Shown: positions 30,714 to 43,330, counted from the first letter of the whole stretch. The stretch: DNA of 62,843 nt, filler included, from Collodictyon triciliatum (GCA_043381765.1; 6 parts of 6 records of this genome joined end to end with filler, not necessarily neighbours in it), one strand, 5' to 3'. Program-made: numbers and translations. The notes: generated by a model not told the origin, from the letters alone.

Positions 30714-31674
30714 CATATACGTGCTCAGGAGGTAGGGTACAAGCGAAAGTCTCTTACCTTGATTCGACACTCTCGCTTTGTGCTGCAGAAGTGGTGCTCT
30801 TCACGCGGCCTTCCCTTGTCCTCAGCGCTGCTTCGTCACTCCGTTCTTCCGACTTCGCCGTCCACCCATGTTACGTTATGATTCTGTTAAACCACGCAAT
30901 GAACGCAAGTTTATATGGACTTGTAGGGGTTGGTCGGTAGACCACAATTTTTTGATTTGTGGTCAATTAATATAAAATATAATTATATATGATTACTATT
31001 TTATACATAAAAATTATTTAATAGCCCTGAAATGATCAGTTATAGAATTTACGATATATATTCCAAAATTATACTTTAGTTATGGATGTATAATATACAA
31101 TATCTGCTAATCATATGCTGTATAATTAAGAATTTATTTTATATAATAATAAATATATATTATTATTATCAATTTTTCCACATATATAAGTATTTTGATC
31201 ATTGTTTAGTTCTGCCTGTCTGTTTGATGAAATGTCGAACGGCGCCAGTTGATGATGCCGCTGTCAAAAGTGTTGTGATTGGGAAGGTGGTGGACATCAC
31301 AGCCGCGCTGCTCTTTTTGCTGTCGTTCGGTCTCTCAAGTAAGTCTTGGCGACCGTAACGCAGAAGGGTTCGGGATAATACTCTTTTTCTCTCCACAAAA
31401 AAGCCCTTACAAATTATAATTGATGCTCCTTCCAAAGCCCGAAATGTTATTTCTTTTTATTTTTTTTTTACTGTGGGCTCTAGAGCGTCTCTGTCTGAAA
31501 CGTAAGCACATCGCCACCACAATTTTATTTTCTTCGAAGCCTTTATAAAAGCTTCCTCACCCCGATCCTTGTTATTCGATTCAATCGAAAGGAGTTTTCT
31601 GCCCACCTCTTCAAATAACGTTGGCAGCTTTGCTCGTAGTATAGGTCGGCGCCTCTTTTTGTCCGCAAACCAAC

Positions 31675-32993
31675 ATGTCTTCCGAGCCTCTTAGCCCGAG
31701 AGCCCCTCATGAAAAGAAACTTGGTATGGTGCTATCTTCTCGACAACATTCTGATTCATTTATTGGTATTATTATTGGTATTATTACTACTTTTAATTTC
31801 TTGTTAAATTCCTTGAAAAACTCCCCTGCACTATTCTTTTGAATTGTATTGCATCATTCGATTAATAGACATTGACATTCTCACACCGACTTTTTACACG
31901 GCCTATTCCTCCCGAATATCACCTCATCTAATGCCGGGTGTATTCACGCTATTATTCGATCCAGTGTTGGAAAAGAAACTCCTTCGTCGCCTGCAAAAGG
32001 AGGATCTGCAGGAGCGGAACATCCTTCTTCGTACTCCCGTTTCTTCTCATATATATATATGTGTGTGTGTGTTATAATGGTGCTTTTCTTCACCTTCTTC
32101 TCTAAAGCCAGATTCTTGTCCCTTTCCTCATGACTGAGCCCAACCTTTCCTACACAGGTGACGACCTCGCACCATCCTTGCTTGCCCGAACTCACGAGCT
32201 GGAAAGGAAGCGTATTCATGACCGTCTGTCTCGATTTGTTGCCCAGAGACCGAGCCACGAAGATCTTGTCAACCGCTCCATTCTCAAGCGTTGGTTTCTC
32301 TATCTATACAAATACACATACAGATTCATCACTACCTTATTTTGCCTAGATGCAAACTTACTGCTATCGACATTAAGTCCATTCATGCATCTCTTGGCTC
32401 ATTATTTCTCCTCGTCCTCCTCCTACGCTATTGGGGCTCTCTTTCTTCTAGACCCTGGTGTTGCCCCAGGATTGCAAGCCCGCCAGGACGCCTTGGAGAA
32501 AGCACAGCTGGTTGATCGTTTGGAGCATAGGCTAGAAAGAAGACCAGATCGTGAAGCCCTTGTTCAGGTCAACATCTTAAAGGTATGTTCAAGGACATAA
32601 ACCATATTGGATAAATAGATACTCACATCTGTGAATTTATCTCCAGCTCTCTCGTTTTCTTTTCTTTTTAAGGAGAACAAGACAACTTATATTATAGAAT
32701 GAATTTGTAACTAGACAACAGATACGTCGGCGACGCTCCAGGCCAATATGTTATCTCTACAGCGTGCCCTGATATCTTCACAGCTGGAGTCGAAACTGGA
32801 GCACAGGCCACCCCGTGATTTTTTTATTGGCTCCAAGCTCACATCTATTGCCGAAACCATTGAAGAAGAGGAAGAGCAAGAGCAAGAGAAGGTGGGCAAG
32901 GAGCAATACTCAAAGTCAGGTGTGTCTCAACCAGACAAAAGTCCTGAATTCACTTCTGGTTGTTTGGATATTCAAGAGTCTCTGGGCCAGTGA
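31675..32993 (+). CDS. RPEL-repeat (G-actin-binding) protein
   Basis: Five phased exons: LEKKLLRRLQKEDLQERNIL, LSRFVAQRPSHEDLVNRSILK, LEHRLERRPDREALVQVNILK, LESKLEHRPPR, with APSL/APGL spacers. Confidence 0.9.
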
Positions 32994-33938
32994 CGATATT
33001 GCGTTGCACCCGCCATCCAAATGACAAACAAAGAGATGAAAAGACAAAGAAAAAGGCAAGAGAGAAGTAGAAGAGTAAGGAGAAACCAAACGATTGAGTG
33101 AAGCACTACACACGGTTTCTGGCAAGAAAAGGTAGTGCCAATGACCCTATTTTCTTCTTCATCGGAGCTATCTTGTTTGGCATTCTTGTTTGCGTTCGTG
33201 GTGATGGATTCTTTCTTGGTTAATCTGTGTTTTGTCTTCCAGCAATAAGTTCCATACTTTGCTTGCCCTATGGTCTTTCCCTCCTCTCCTCTTTTTTCTT
33301 TCTTCCTTCCTTCTTCCCTTCGGTCTGTTGTCCTCATGCCAGTGGGTTGCTCTCTTCGCTTCATGCCTCCACTGACACTGATTCCCCTCACCCAATGAAT
33401 CCAAACACCTGTGCTCGGCTGATAAAGTTGCAATTCATCGCCTGCATTCTCTCTTTGTATGACGGACTGGGGATTTTGACGGTCAGACTAATGAGAAAAC
33501 TAACAGGAAGGATATCATACCGTCGATTTTCCCACAACAAGCTAAGCGAGAAGTGGGGAGCCAATAAACACTTTATAACATAGGCGAAGGAGGCAGATAT
33601 TCGGAGGGTCAATGTCTGCATGTGCCGAAGGTGTGGGAGCGGTTGGGTGTATATCTATCGGTGTGAAAGTAATCTGCAGGAGCGGGCGGGCATTTGGTGG
33701 GCCCAAAGACAAAGGCGGGTGGCTAGAATGGATGGGCAGAAATCGAAAGGACGGAGGGCGGACATGTGAGTCAGTAAACGAAGAGAAAGACAGTTGCACG
33801 GGTGGCAACGGAAGCGAATGAGAGAGACAAAGAGAGAGAGAGACGGAGGAAAGTTGCAAAAAAAAAAAAAAAAAAAAAGGGGGGGGGGGGGGGGGGAGGC
33901 GGGGGCGGAGAAACGGGAGGAGATGAAATACCCTCCGG

Positions 33939-34038
33939 NNNNNNNNNNNNNNNNNNNNNNNNNNNNNNNNNNNNNNNNNNNNTTAATTAATTAANNNNNN
34001 NNNNNNNNNNNNNNNNNNNNNNNNNNNNNNNNNNNNNN
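33939..34038. other. Artificial contig linker
   Basis: N44-TTAATTAATTAA-N44. Confidence 0.99.
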
Positions 34039-36016
34039 TTTTTTGTTTTTGTTTTGTTTTTTGTTTTGTTTTTTTGTTTTTTTGTTCGGTTTGGCCTATA
34101 AATTGTTCATAGGTGTATCATTAATCGATTGCTGTTGCGATGGGGAGTAGAAGGGAGGGGTTGGGCATGGGGGTTGGGAAGGGCGATTCATGCGAAGGGA
34201 ATGTAAGGTTCTGCTTCTCTGTGCAGTGTCTCATGTTTTCTTTCTTTTACTTTAAGCTCTCCCGCGTCGCGACTCGAGAATTATACTGAATGTTGATCGG
34301 TTGGGATAAGATGAGTGGTTGGCATTGGTTTTGATTTTGATTTTGCTGGTGGGTTGGATGTTTTGGGTTTTTGACAGAGAAATTTGTTATGGAAATATTA
34401 CCCGCGGTGATGGTACGTTTCTTCTAATTATGGATTTAATATATAAATATATATAATATTATATTTAATAGTATTTTTAATATTCTAATAAATTTTTTTA
34501 TTATAAAAATCAACTATACTTTATGCATACAAATTATTTTCTTCCCAAATTCAGAATTCAACCCAAAAATGGCAAGCCCATTATGGAAAATCGATGCAAA
34601 TTTTGCTGAGGGAATGACAAAAATTCTCACCGAGAACCTGATTAGAGCAAAATATGAACCGGATACTTCCTTTTCCGTCCCTTATAACGACACACTTTGT
34701 CACTTGTGCGACTCGTAGCGCTCTAAATATAAATTCTGTATTGAGGAAAAGATATGACGCATGATGACGACAATTCGCATATAATTTACATATCTGGAAA
34801 TTACTATATTGATTGATTTTTTAATTGAATCGTTTATTTATTCATAGATATACATAATTCTTTACACTATTATATAGCACAAACTAATATGTGTTCGCCA
34901 TGCTAGAGCTCACGGAGCTATGCAAAACTCACAATCAAACACATGGTTGCTGGGTGCAAAGGGTGAAGTTTTCATGGGCTCTGTGGTACCTTGGGTGGGT
35001 GTGAGGAATATTTTGGGTCACTTCTTCCCCTTTATTCGATTCAAATCTCTAGAGGGTAGAGCCAAACAAAGGGAGGAATACGCGCGCATGGTATAGAGCA
35101 GACGCAAGTAGATGACGGAGCGTGACGATGCTACCATGAAGAGAAATCAGTGATAGCGAGTTGAAATAATTCGGGTAATAGAAATGCTGGTAGAAAATAA
35201 ATTAGCCCGTACGAGGATGCTTACACGTAGGACCCGCCATTTCAGCTTTTCTCTCGTTGCATTATCCCTTCTTTGATCCATGGAATACCTCACAATACTC
35301 CCTACCTTTTACACTTTACCATGTGAATCTTTGGGCGAGTTTTCAATCGTCCAAATCAATAGAAAGCGATACATTACATGGAAAAATTGCCATAGCCATG
35401 GATGTTTTTTTCCCTTGTCCTTTTATTTTCTATAGCTCTCCCTCTTCTTATTTATGAGGGTATATATTTGAATCGAATAAAGGAAAAAAATCTATGAGGT
35501 TTTATATTTGCATCAAAATGAAACAAAATGTTGTTTAAATTAATTACAGATAACTCCAGATAAAAAACCAACACGGAAGGCAAGAGAGGGAAAGTTGGTA
35601 TAATTTGACCATTTAAATTATCGGAACTTGGAACGTTTTTTATTTCATTCCTGCAGTGGATTCCATATATCATCTGGGTTCAAAAGACTGTAATACCAAA
35701 TCCACTAAAATAATCGGTATTCAATTTGCTCTAGTGCAGAGTACTTCTACTATTGTCATAAGGATTAAATTCATGTTGAAAATAGTTGTGGAAGGGTAGG
35801 TAATTAGATGGTTATTTTTTTTACAAAATTTTTGCAGAAAAAAGCTATGCTATAATTGCACATTTCATACGGAATGAGTCTGTGAGGCAAAGGTATCATA
35901 TAGCACCTATCTAAATAATTCTATAGTATTTCTTTGCATCATTCCAATGACGAAAGGAAGGCGTTATTGAGGAAAATCGTTCTGCACACTAAAATAATAT
36001 TGAAAGTGGCATGTTC

Positions 36017-39000
36017 TCATTTTTTTCGAGCCTTTTGTGATGGGTTTAAAGAAACAATCATAACACTTATATTATCAGTGCTTCCGTTACAGTAAGCTAC
36101 ATTCCGAAGGTTTTGAGCAGCAAGGTCTGGATTCTCCCAATAATTACAATATCTTACGACGTTGACAGCCTCCAAGTCAGTAAGCACATCCCACATGCCA
36201 TCACAAGCGATTATGATAAACTCATCAAAAATGTCTCCTTTTGGGTCATAAATGTCTTCATCTTGAGATAAAATGTTGATAAGTTCAGTTTTTGAAATGT
36301 ACGGTTCTGCAATCAATTGGGGCCATTGGAAGCTGTCTCCAAGAGCTCTTGACACTAATTCACAATATTAAATATGTTGGCGTAGGAAATGAATTTCATT
36401 GTGTATATTATCTTGCTATATAGTCTAATGCTTTGTTGTTGTTTTTTTTTTTTTTTTTTTTTTTTGGTTCTGTTTTTTTTTTATTTCTTTATGTATATTC
36501 TTTATTTTTTTTTTTTTTTTTTTTTTTTTTTTGGTGCAGCTGATGAAAAAATACCCAGAGGATAACCTTAAATAAACAATTAAAAGATAATTAGAGTGAT
36601 GACAATCTTATTGAAGTATACATCCTAGAGATCCATTCAATCGGCCATCTTCTATGTAACCGCCACTGTCGATTATTCTCTTTTTTTCATCAGAAGAGTA
36701 GGGTTTGTGATCTCTTGTCAGACGAAGCGGCTCACCTTGATTTTTTTTTAATACCGTAACATTTCAGTATATACTCTCTTACATGTTCTAAATTTCAAAA
36801 TTTAAGGTTCCATTCTATTCATTTCATCAATAACTTGATTTTTCTTGTTAGAAGCTAAAATAACCTCCTCTACTTAGCACTATACGAGAATCGCCGACGT
36901 TAACTGCGTAGAGTTGATTTTCAAGCACGATAGCCATAGCCAGCGTTGTACCAGTAAACAGGTATCCTTTCATGCGGCCGTGGATTTCGGCTATGGACTA
37001 ATATGAAGGTTACAGACATTATAAAAAGAGTGGCTTATTTTCTTTCGAAGAAAATGGACAAAACGATAGTTTGGTTCCATCCATTTATCAATTTAACTGT
37101 ATCTTGTCTTCTCTATCCATTTTTTTACCATTATGTAAATGATATAATCACGAAGAGAAGGGGATATGAGTCACTTTTAGTTTCTCTGGTTTTTTATCGG
37201 AATTCATGCATATAGTCTTTGGAAAAGCTCTATTTATCCATAGAACGAGGAATCAAAGAAAATTTATTTACATGTTGAATCACAGCCATAGGGTCTAGCA
37301 CAGGGTCATTCTTTTCAAAAAATGCGCCAAGAACCGAAAGGATATTTTCAGATGCAAAATTTGCGGCATCACAACCTCCATGTCCATCAAACAAAGCAAG
37401 GACATAGTCACCTTCTCTGTTTCTGAAATTTTCGCAGAATACCTACACGTGCAAGTAGTATGTAAAGGCGCCAACATAAACATGACATTATGATTGGAAA
37501 GAGGATATACAAAGCCACTGAGTCGAAAAAAAAATCGAACTAAAAAGTACCATGACATCTTCCATTGTGGGTCTCTTTCCAATGGTATCTGAGCAACCAA
37601 TATTGAACCTTCCTTGGAGTTTCCATGTTTTATTACCTTCTAAGCGATTCATAGTAACTATGGTATCAGGTGATGCGGCTAACTCCTTTAAGCTCCTATT
37701 CTCTTTCTAAAATATTGGTAGGCATATTAGAGCAGTATAAATTGAGTTGGATAATTCTTTGATGGGAATTAAATATGCATAACTGAGTGTGATATTGAAA
37801 TACATATTTGTAGTCTCATCCTCTAAATAATCATGCATTGACATATGGAATGTGGCGAGGAGGTGTTTTAAAAAAAAACCATTAGTTCGGTAACAGTAAG
37901 GGTCTTCTCTAAAGTGGCAGGTTTCTTTTGGATAGGAGTCAAAACTTCAATAGTTTTTAACAGTCTCTGGGGTATAGAATCAAAAGAGTGCCAGAGAGCT
38001 GGGTGCCACGGAGTTGGGCAATAGTCCTCGTGACACGACCACGAATGTGCTTTAAAAGATAATTTTAACTCATTGTTTCTTGCCAGTAAGTCGTCAATTT
38101 TACGTTGAAATCTTTGCTCAAAGCCTATACAGCCCCTCAAATCTAAAGCGGAGAGAGTAAAATTGGCTTTTAAGGAAGATACGATAGACGAAATAGATGT
38201 CCTCTGGAACTGGTTACCACCCAATCGAATTACTTTCATCGTTTTGTTATTTTGGATCATGTGGCATATATCTCGCACGCAATTGTCCGAAGCAGATACA
38301 AAAGACAAGTCTAGTCTGTGCAGTGTTGCATTATGAGTCAAAGTTTTTACTAACTCCGATATTCCTTCGTTACAAATAGGATTGCAACTAAGGTCCAACG
38401 CGATTAAGTTTGAAGAATATCCAATGTACTGCACCAGTGGAGGTATGAACGATGATGTAAGGAAGTTATTGCAAAAGCAAAGTGCACCGGGCCCATCACC
38501 TATTTCTCTATCAAGAAGGACTTGAATCAGATAATCAGCTACCTAAATAAATCGACAAATTATATTAGAGATACAAAAGAAAATAGAGATAAGGAAGATT
38601 GAGTGGGTGGATCATAGAATATGAATCATGGTATTCATGTTGTATGCAAATTTTATCTTCTTTTTTTAGCAAAAATTGTTTCTTTTTTTCTTTTTCTTTT
38701 TTTTTTTTTTTTGGTGTACAGAAAAATTAGGGGTTTATGTCAAGCATATCATCGGTTTATACTGGTCGACTTAAATCCAGTACGAAATAGAATAAGATTG
38801 TTACCCGCACTCCAAAGCGCCCGTTGCACAGAGATAAAACCATATACTTTGACCGGACCAAGGGGACTTCAAAGATAGGTTTGAGACGAGATTGAACTGT
38901 TGCCACCCAATGTGGCGGGGTGCATTTTTCCAGCATGGCAAACAACTGAGCTCCTATAGACATAGAGACTAAAGAGAGGGAATTGCGGACACTAATAGTG

Positions 39001-39803
39001 GAACGCAAGGAATTGTGAGCTGGTATTGATGAGTCCAAGGATATTGTGATGGGTATAGCAGAATCTATTCCATCACCCGGGCCTTTTGGCCCCCCTGGCC
39101 CTCCATAGACAGAACTTGACGCGGCTGAGTCTCCATCAAATTCAGATCCCAATTCTCCTTCACGGACAGCAAGCAGGTGGACAGATTTATCCCACCGCAC
39201 ATGAAATGATTTGACCGATGGTTGCGTGTGTGTAGTTTGAGAAAGTCCCGGTGATTCATCAGAAGAGACCGAGACAGACACATCCTTGGGTTGTACATGA
39301 ATGGCTATCATCTTTGCTGGGGTACTAGTAGGTGTTGTAGAGGTAGATGTGCTTACCGTTGTAAATGTTGAGACAGGAGTAGAAGAAAATAGAGGTGGGG
39401 CGGTTGTCGGTGGTGAGAAAGAAGCCTTTGGACTCATTGGAATTAAACTGGGGGATGGGTTCGGAGTTACTTTCTCAGATGCAGATATGGCTTTTGTGGG
39501 CAAGGTTGGAAAGGAGTCTGAAATGTACGAAGTTGACGGATTCACAAAGTGCGTTGAGGTGCTTTGTGTCACGAGGAGCCGGGGAGGAGAAACAGTCATG
39601 ATTGGTGTAGACTCTACAGTGGGAATAGACGTATGCGTAGATGCACTTAGGGTTGGAGACGGAGTTGGAATGTGGATGCGATGGACAGGCTCTTGGTCCA
39701 TGGCATCTGCTTTTGGGCTACCCAGAGCCTTTGGATATGTCTTGAGAGGTGCCTTGTGCCTCTCTGCATACGTTCCTGATGTTCTGACCAGGGCACTGCC
39801 CAT
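36017..39803 (-). CDS. PP2C/PPM phosphatase with Ser/Thr/Pro-rich N-terminus and RI-like LRRs
   Basis: Start MGSALV (possible myristoylation); LRRs (LIALDLSCNPICNEG, LHRLDLS, IRLGGNQF); PP2C motifs GKRPTMED, LFDGHGG, GTT, NVGDSR, DHKP, SRALGD, IACDGMWDV, GSTDNISV. Confidence 0.92.
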
Positions 39804-40054
39804 GCTATTACCTAGCAAGGACAAAGAAAATCTCTTTTGTTGTGATTAGGTCGCCGGTACTTGATATCGTATCTGATTGGGCTGCGCGCGAAAGAATATT
39901 TAAGAGAAGGATATTCCTTGAGCTTTTTGGCTAATGCGATGGGTGTGTGATACACATGAGCTAGATTAGGGTCATATAACATGAGGGGTTCAAATCAGAA
40001 ACTGCATGGACACTCATTACTAAGATAATGAAGGATTAGAATAAAATTATAAGC

Positions 40055-40086
<32 letters not shown>

Positions 40087-41374
40087 AAACAAAAAAAACA
40101 AAAAAAACAAAAAAAACAAAAACAAATAACAAATAACAAATAACAAATAACAAATCAAAACAAAACAAAAGATTAGAAGATAGAAGATATCTTAGTATAA
40201 AGGCCTCATATGTGCCCACAAGAGGGGTACATCTGTGTGAAAGGTGGATTAGGGCTGGTGCGATGTGTTGGTAACATGACTAATTTTTTGAAGAGAAAGA
40301 AGTAGAGCAAAAGGAGAGAGTGAGGAAAAAAAGGGCATGGATAGACTTGAAGGGCGAATACGACGCCAGAGAAGTGATAAGAAAAGCACTGGGTTAGCAC
40401 ACACGGCACGGCACAGCATCACGTTGTCTACAGTTTTGCATGCAAGAAAGTATAACCGCATGTATTTATCATCATTGGTCTCATTTAAAAAAAAAAAGTG
40501 ATTGAGACCTGGCGGTGGGGAAAAGAAAGGCTGCGCCAGGCGAAAGGAGTTGACTATTTGATTGTTTGGTTCCTCTTTGTGATTGATCAGAAACCTAAAG
40601 GAAAACCGAATTCCAGAATTAGATAATGATTGCTGCACCGTGGTTTATCTATACAAATGTGGAGCATATTACACGACCGTTAGGGTGCAAATACTCAAAA
40701 GATAATCCAACACGGCCATGCTCTATAAGGAAGGAGATTACATTTCATACTTCTGGAAAATAATTATGATAAATTATAAACTATATTTTTATGTATAACC
40801 ACGTCTATAAGATTAATATTATGAATATAAAATATTTTATATATCATATTATTAAACCCAATAGCTATAGCGAATGAAGCGATTGATAGCTCCCGAGCGT
40901 CAAACAAAGGATGGCCATATTTCATTCGACATAATTTCCACATTAAAACTATCTAGAAGCTTCTCAGGTCATTCCAAATCATCCCCGGTTGAAGTTGTCC
41001 CGAGTCTCGGACAGCCCACGGCTTGGCCAGTATTTAGAACAAAAAAACAAGCCAGCGCTCCGTGAGGTAAGTTTCTACAACGATCGATCAGCCTTGCAAG
41101 GAGACGAGGCCAAAGCTGTTCAAGACACTTGGTGAGGTCATGATAGGATCACTGTCCAATATGTATGCACGCACATTCTTCAATTTAAACCACACATGTT
41201 CCGCCTCTGTGCTTCTCATCACAACTGCCTGGGCTCCCCAAATCTAAAACCTAAATCCAAAACAAAAAACAAAGCTTGGGCCTTCTCTTTCTCTTCACTA
41301 ACCAACTCTCCTTTGATAAACCAGATCCTTCAAGCGCGCCAGAGACAACGAGTTATTAAAAACAAGAAAAGAAA

Positions 41375-41936
41375 ATGTCGTACCTCCTACCTCACCTCAA
41401 TAGTGGCTGGGAAGTTGATCAAGCGATCCAACATGAGCAAGACCGTGTTGTAATCATCCGTTTCGGCCACGACTGGAATCGCGACTGCATGATCATGGAC
41501 GAGGTAACCAGATATTCATACAATGTAATGCTACAAACGATGAAAACAAATATATTTGGGGTGTTTTGGATTTAAGATTTGTGACCGCCACGTTGCCATC
41601 GGCCCTTGACTCATATTCCTCTATTCCCAACTATAGACACTCAAAGGAGTTGCCACCCTGATTGCAAACATGGCGATAGTATATCTTGTTGATATCACCC
41701 AAGTCCCTGATTTCAACAAAATGTATGAGCTGTATGATGAGTGCACCATCATGTTTTTCTTTCGAAATAAACACATTATGATCGATCTGGGAACCGGAAA
41801 CAACAACAAGATCAACTGGCCCATGGGCAACAAGCAGGACTTTATCGACATAGTCGAAACTGTCTATCGTGGAGCGCGCAAGGGTAAAGGTCTCGTCATC
41901 TCTCCGAAAGACTACTCAACGAAATATAAATACTGA
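41375..41936 (+). CDS. TXNL4A: Dim1/TXNL4A U5 snRNP protein
   Basis: Two exons (41375-41503, 41637-41936): MSYLLPHLNSGWEVDQAI...IRFGHDW...VPDFNKMYELYD...RNKHIMIDLGTGNNNKINW...SPKDYSTKYKY. Confidence 0.98.
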
Positions 41937-42049
41937 AAAGGGAGTACCTCAAATGCCACAATAAAACACCTGAAACTAAGCGTCATTTTTTTTTTCGTTC
42001 TCTATCTCCCCTTGCATCTTGTTTTCATTTCATGGGGCCTTCCACATGG

Positions 42050-43330
42050 TACTAATCGCTCGTTTTTTTCCTAGAGTTACATATCCAAAATATCTTTTAT
42101 TTTGAGTTAAAGCAAGTTCTGGTATTCCATCATCTGCTTCTATGCGCAAAACCGCATGTATTCCTACAGAAATGAGTATGAAAAACAAAGATACGTAATG
42201 CGGGTGTGTATCATAGCCAAGGTTTGACAGAGAGATGAGTAATAAAAGTAACAAGATTCACCAATCACCATCCACTCCCAGCGAAAGGCCCCCGATGACA
42301 TCATACAAATCTCTTTCCTCGGTGGCTTCCTTCGCTACCTCCACATTCCTAATCACTCAGACCACGTAAGAAGAGGGATGTAAGCAGAATCTGAGGAAGA
42401 GACTAAACCTCGTCATACCCCGCTCATGTAGGCTCAAGGCTCAGGGCACAGATCAAACTAAAAGATGCAATTCCTCACGGTTGTCTATTCTCCAGTCACG
42501 CAGCCACCAAGTAGTTTTGATGCATACGAAGGCTGGCGAACCAAAGCCCAACCCTCTACCATCACAGACAAAATAAGGGGGAGAACAACCAAAAAAAAAA
42601 CTTTTTGTCAGAGTTGCGAATAACGCGGGCGTGTTTCAGCAAGATGATCAGGAAACTGTACCACACAAGCCCAGAAAGCCGGGACAGGTTAATTTCTCGT
42701 ACGGATGAAGTGCTAGAGTCATAAATTTCACACACGCCGTGCGTGAATCATAGTTAAAGCCCCTTGGGACTGTCCAAGATATTCTAGAGTCGTAGGTCAT
42801 TTGGTATTATGGGTCAAACAAGATGTCGGACGCGCTGAGTCGGTTGGGGGCATAGTCAACATCGGACAATCCAATAAGTGTGGATTCTGTTACTTTTTTT
42901 GAGCTAATAAATCAAGGCGGGCAGGAGCCAAAAATACACTTACGTCAGGAACCATTTAGGAACATCACAAGCCCGACCTATTTGTCTCGCACAACAGAAC
43001 TGCGCATGGCGTTGATTTTATGCCAAGTCCTCCGTATAGCAAACATTGTAAGAGATAAGACAGGAACAAAGACTTTTGTCCCATCATACTATATTTTCCA
43101 CAATTGTAAACACTTTAGGTCTTTCGAAGAAAAGCCCACCAACTTTTGAACATTCAACCAACCCATAGAAATCCCCTTCTTTTATACTTTTCCTGGAAAC
43201 ATACCTAGTTTAACAATTTTATTTGAATTCCAAATTAATTCCCAACAAGGACAAGACTCAAGACAAGAAATTCTCAATCCCCTTTTTTTTCTTGGGACAC
43301 CCGCTAATTAATCAGTCAGGGCGAAGCCAT
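42050..43330 (-). ncRNA. Putative non-coding spliced host transcript 2 with structured intronic RNAs (ends approximate)
   Basis: Donor TAG/gtatgt (43204), 34-nt exon 42977-42944, donor gtaagt (42943), acceptor tttctgtag (42164). The spliced product has only tiny ORFs. The 780-nt intron has many stems whose G-U pairs favour the minus strand. Confidence 0.5.

Larger units (their letters stand above)
29480..30870 (-). ncRNA. Putative non-coding spliced snoRNA host transcript 1 (ends approximate)
   Basis: Strong donors AAG/gtaaga (30757), AAG/gtaacg (30494), CAG/gtaagt (30256); acceptors near 30553, 30281, 29941 and 29578. Short exons give no convincing ORF; the first two introns each hold a box C/D snoRNA. 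Confidence 0.65.

Noticed and set aside
42340-42480. U3-like words on minus (GAGGAA, CCTGAGC, GGTCTGAGTG) and U17-like ATTCCTA/AAACC on plus
   Set aside because: Spacing, closing stems and the U3 5' domain or U17 ACA context do not fit; left unassigned.
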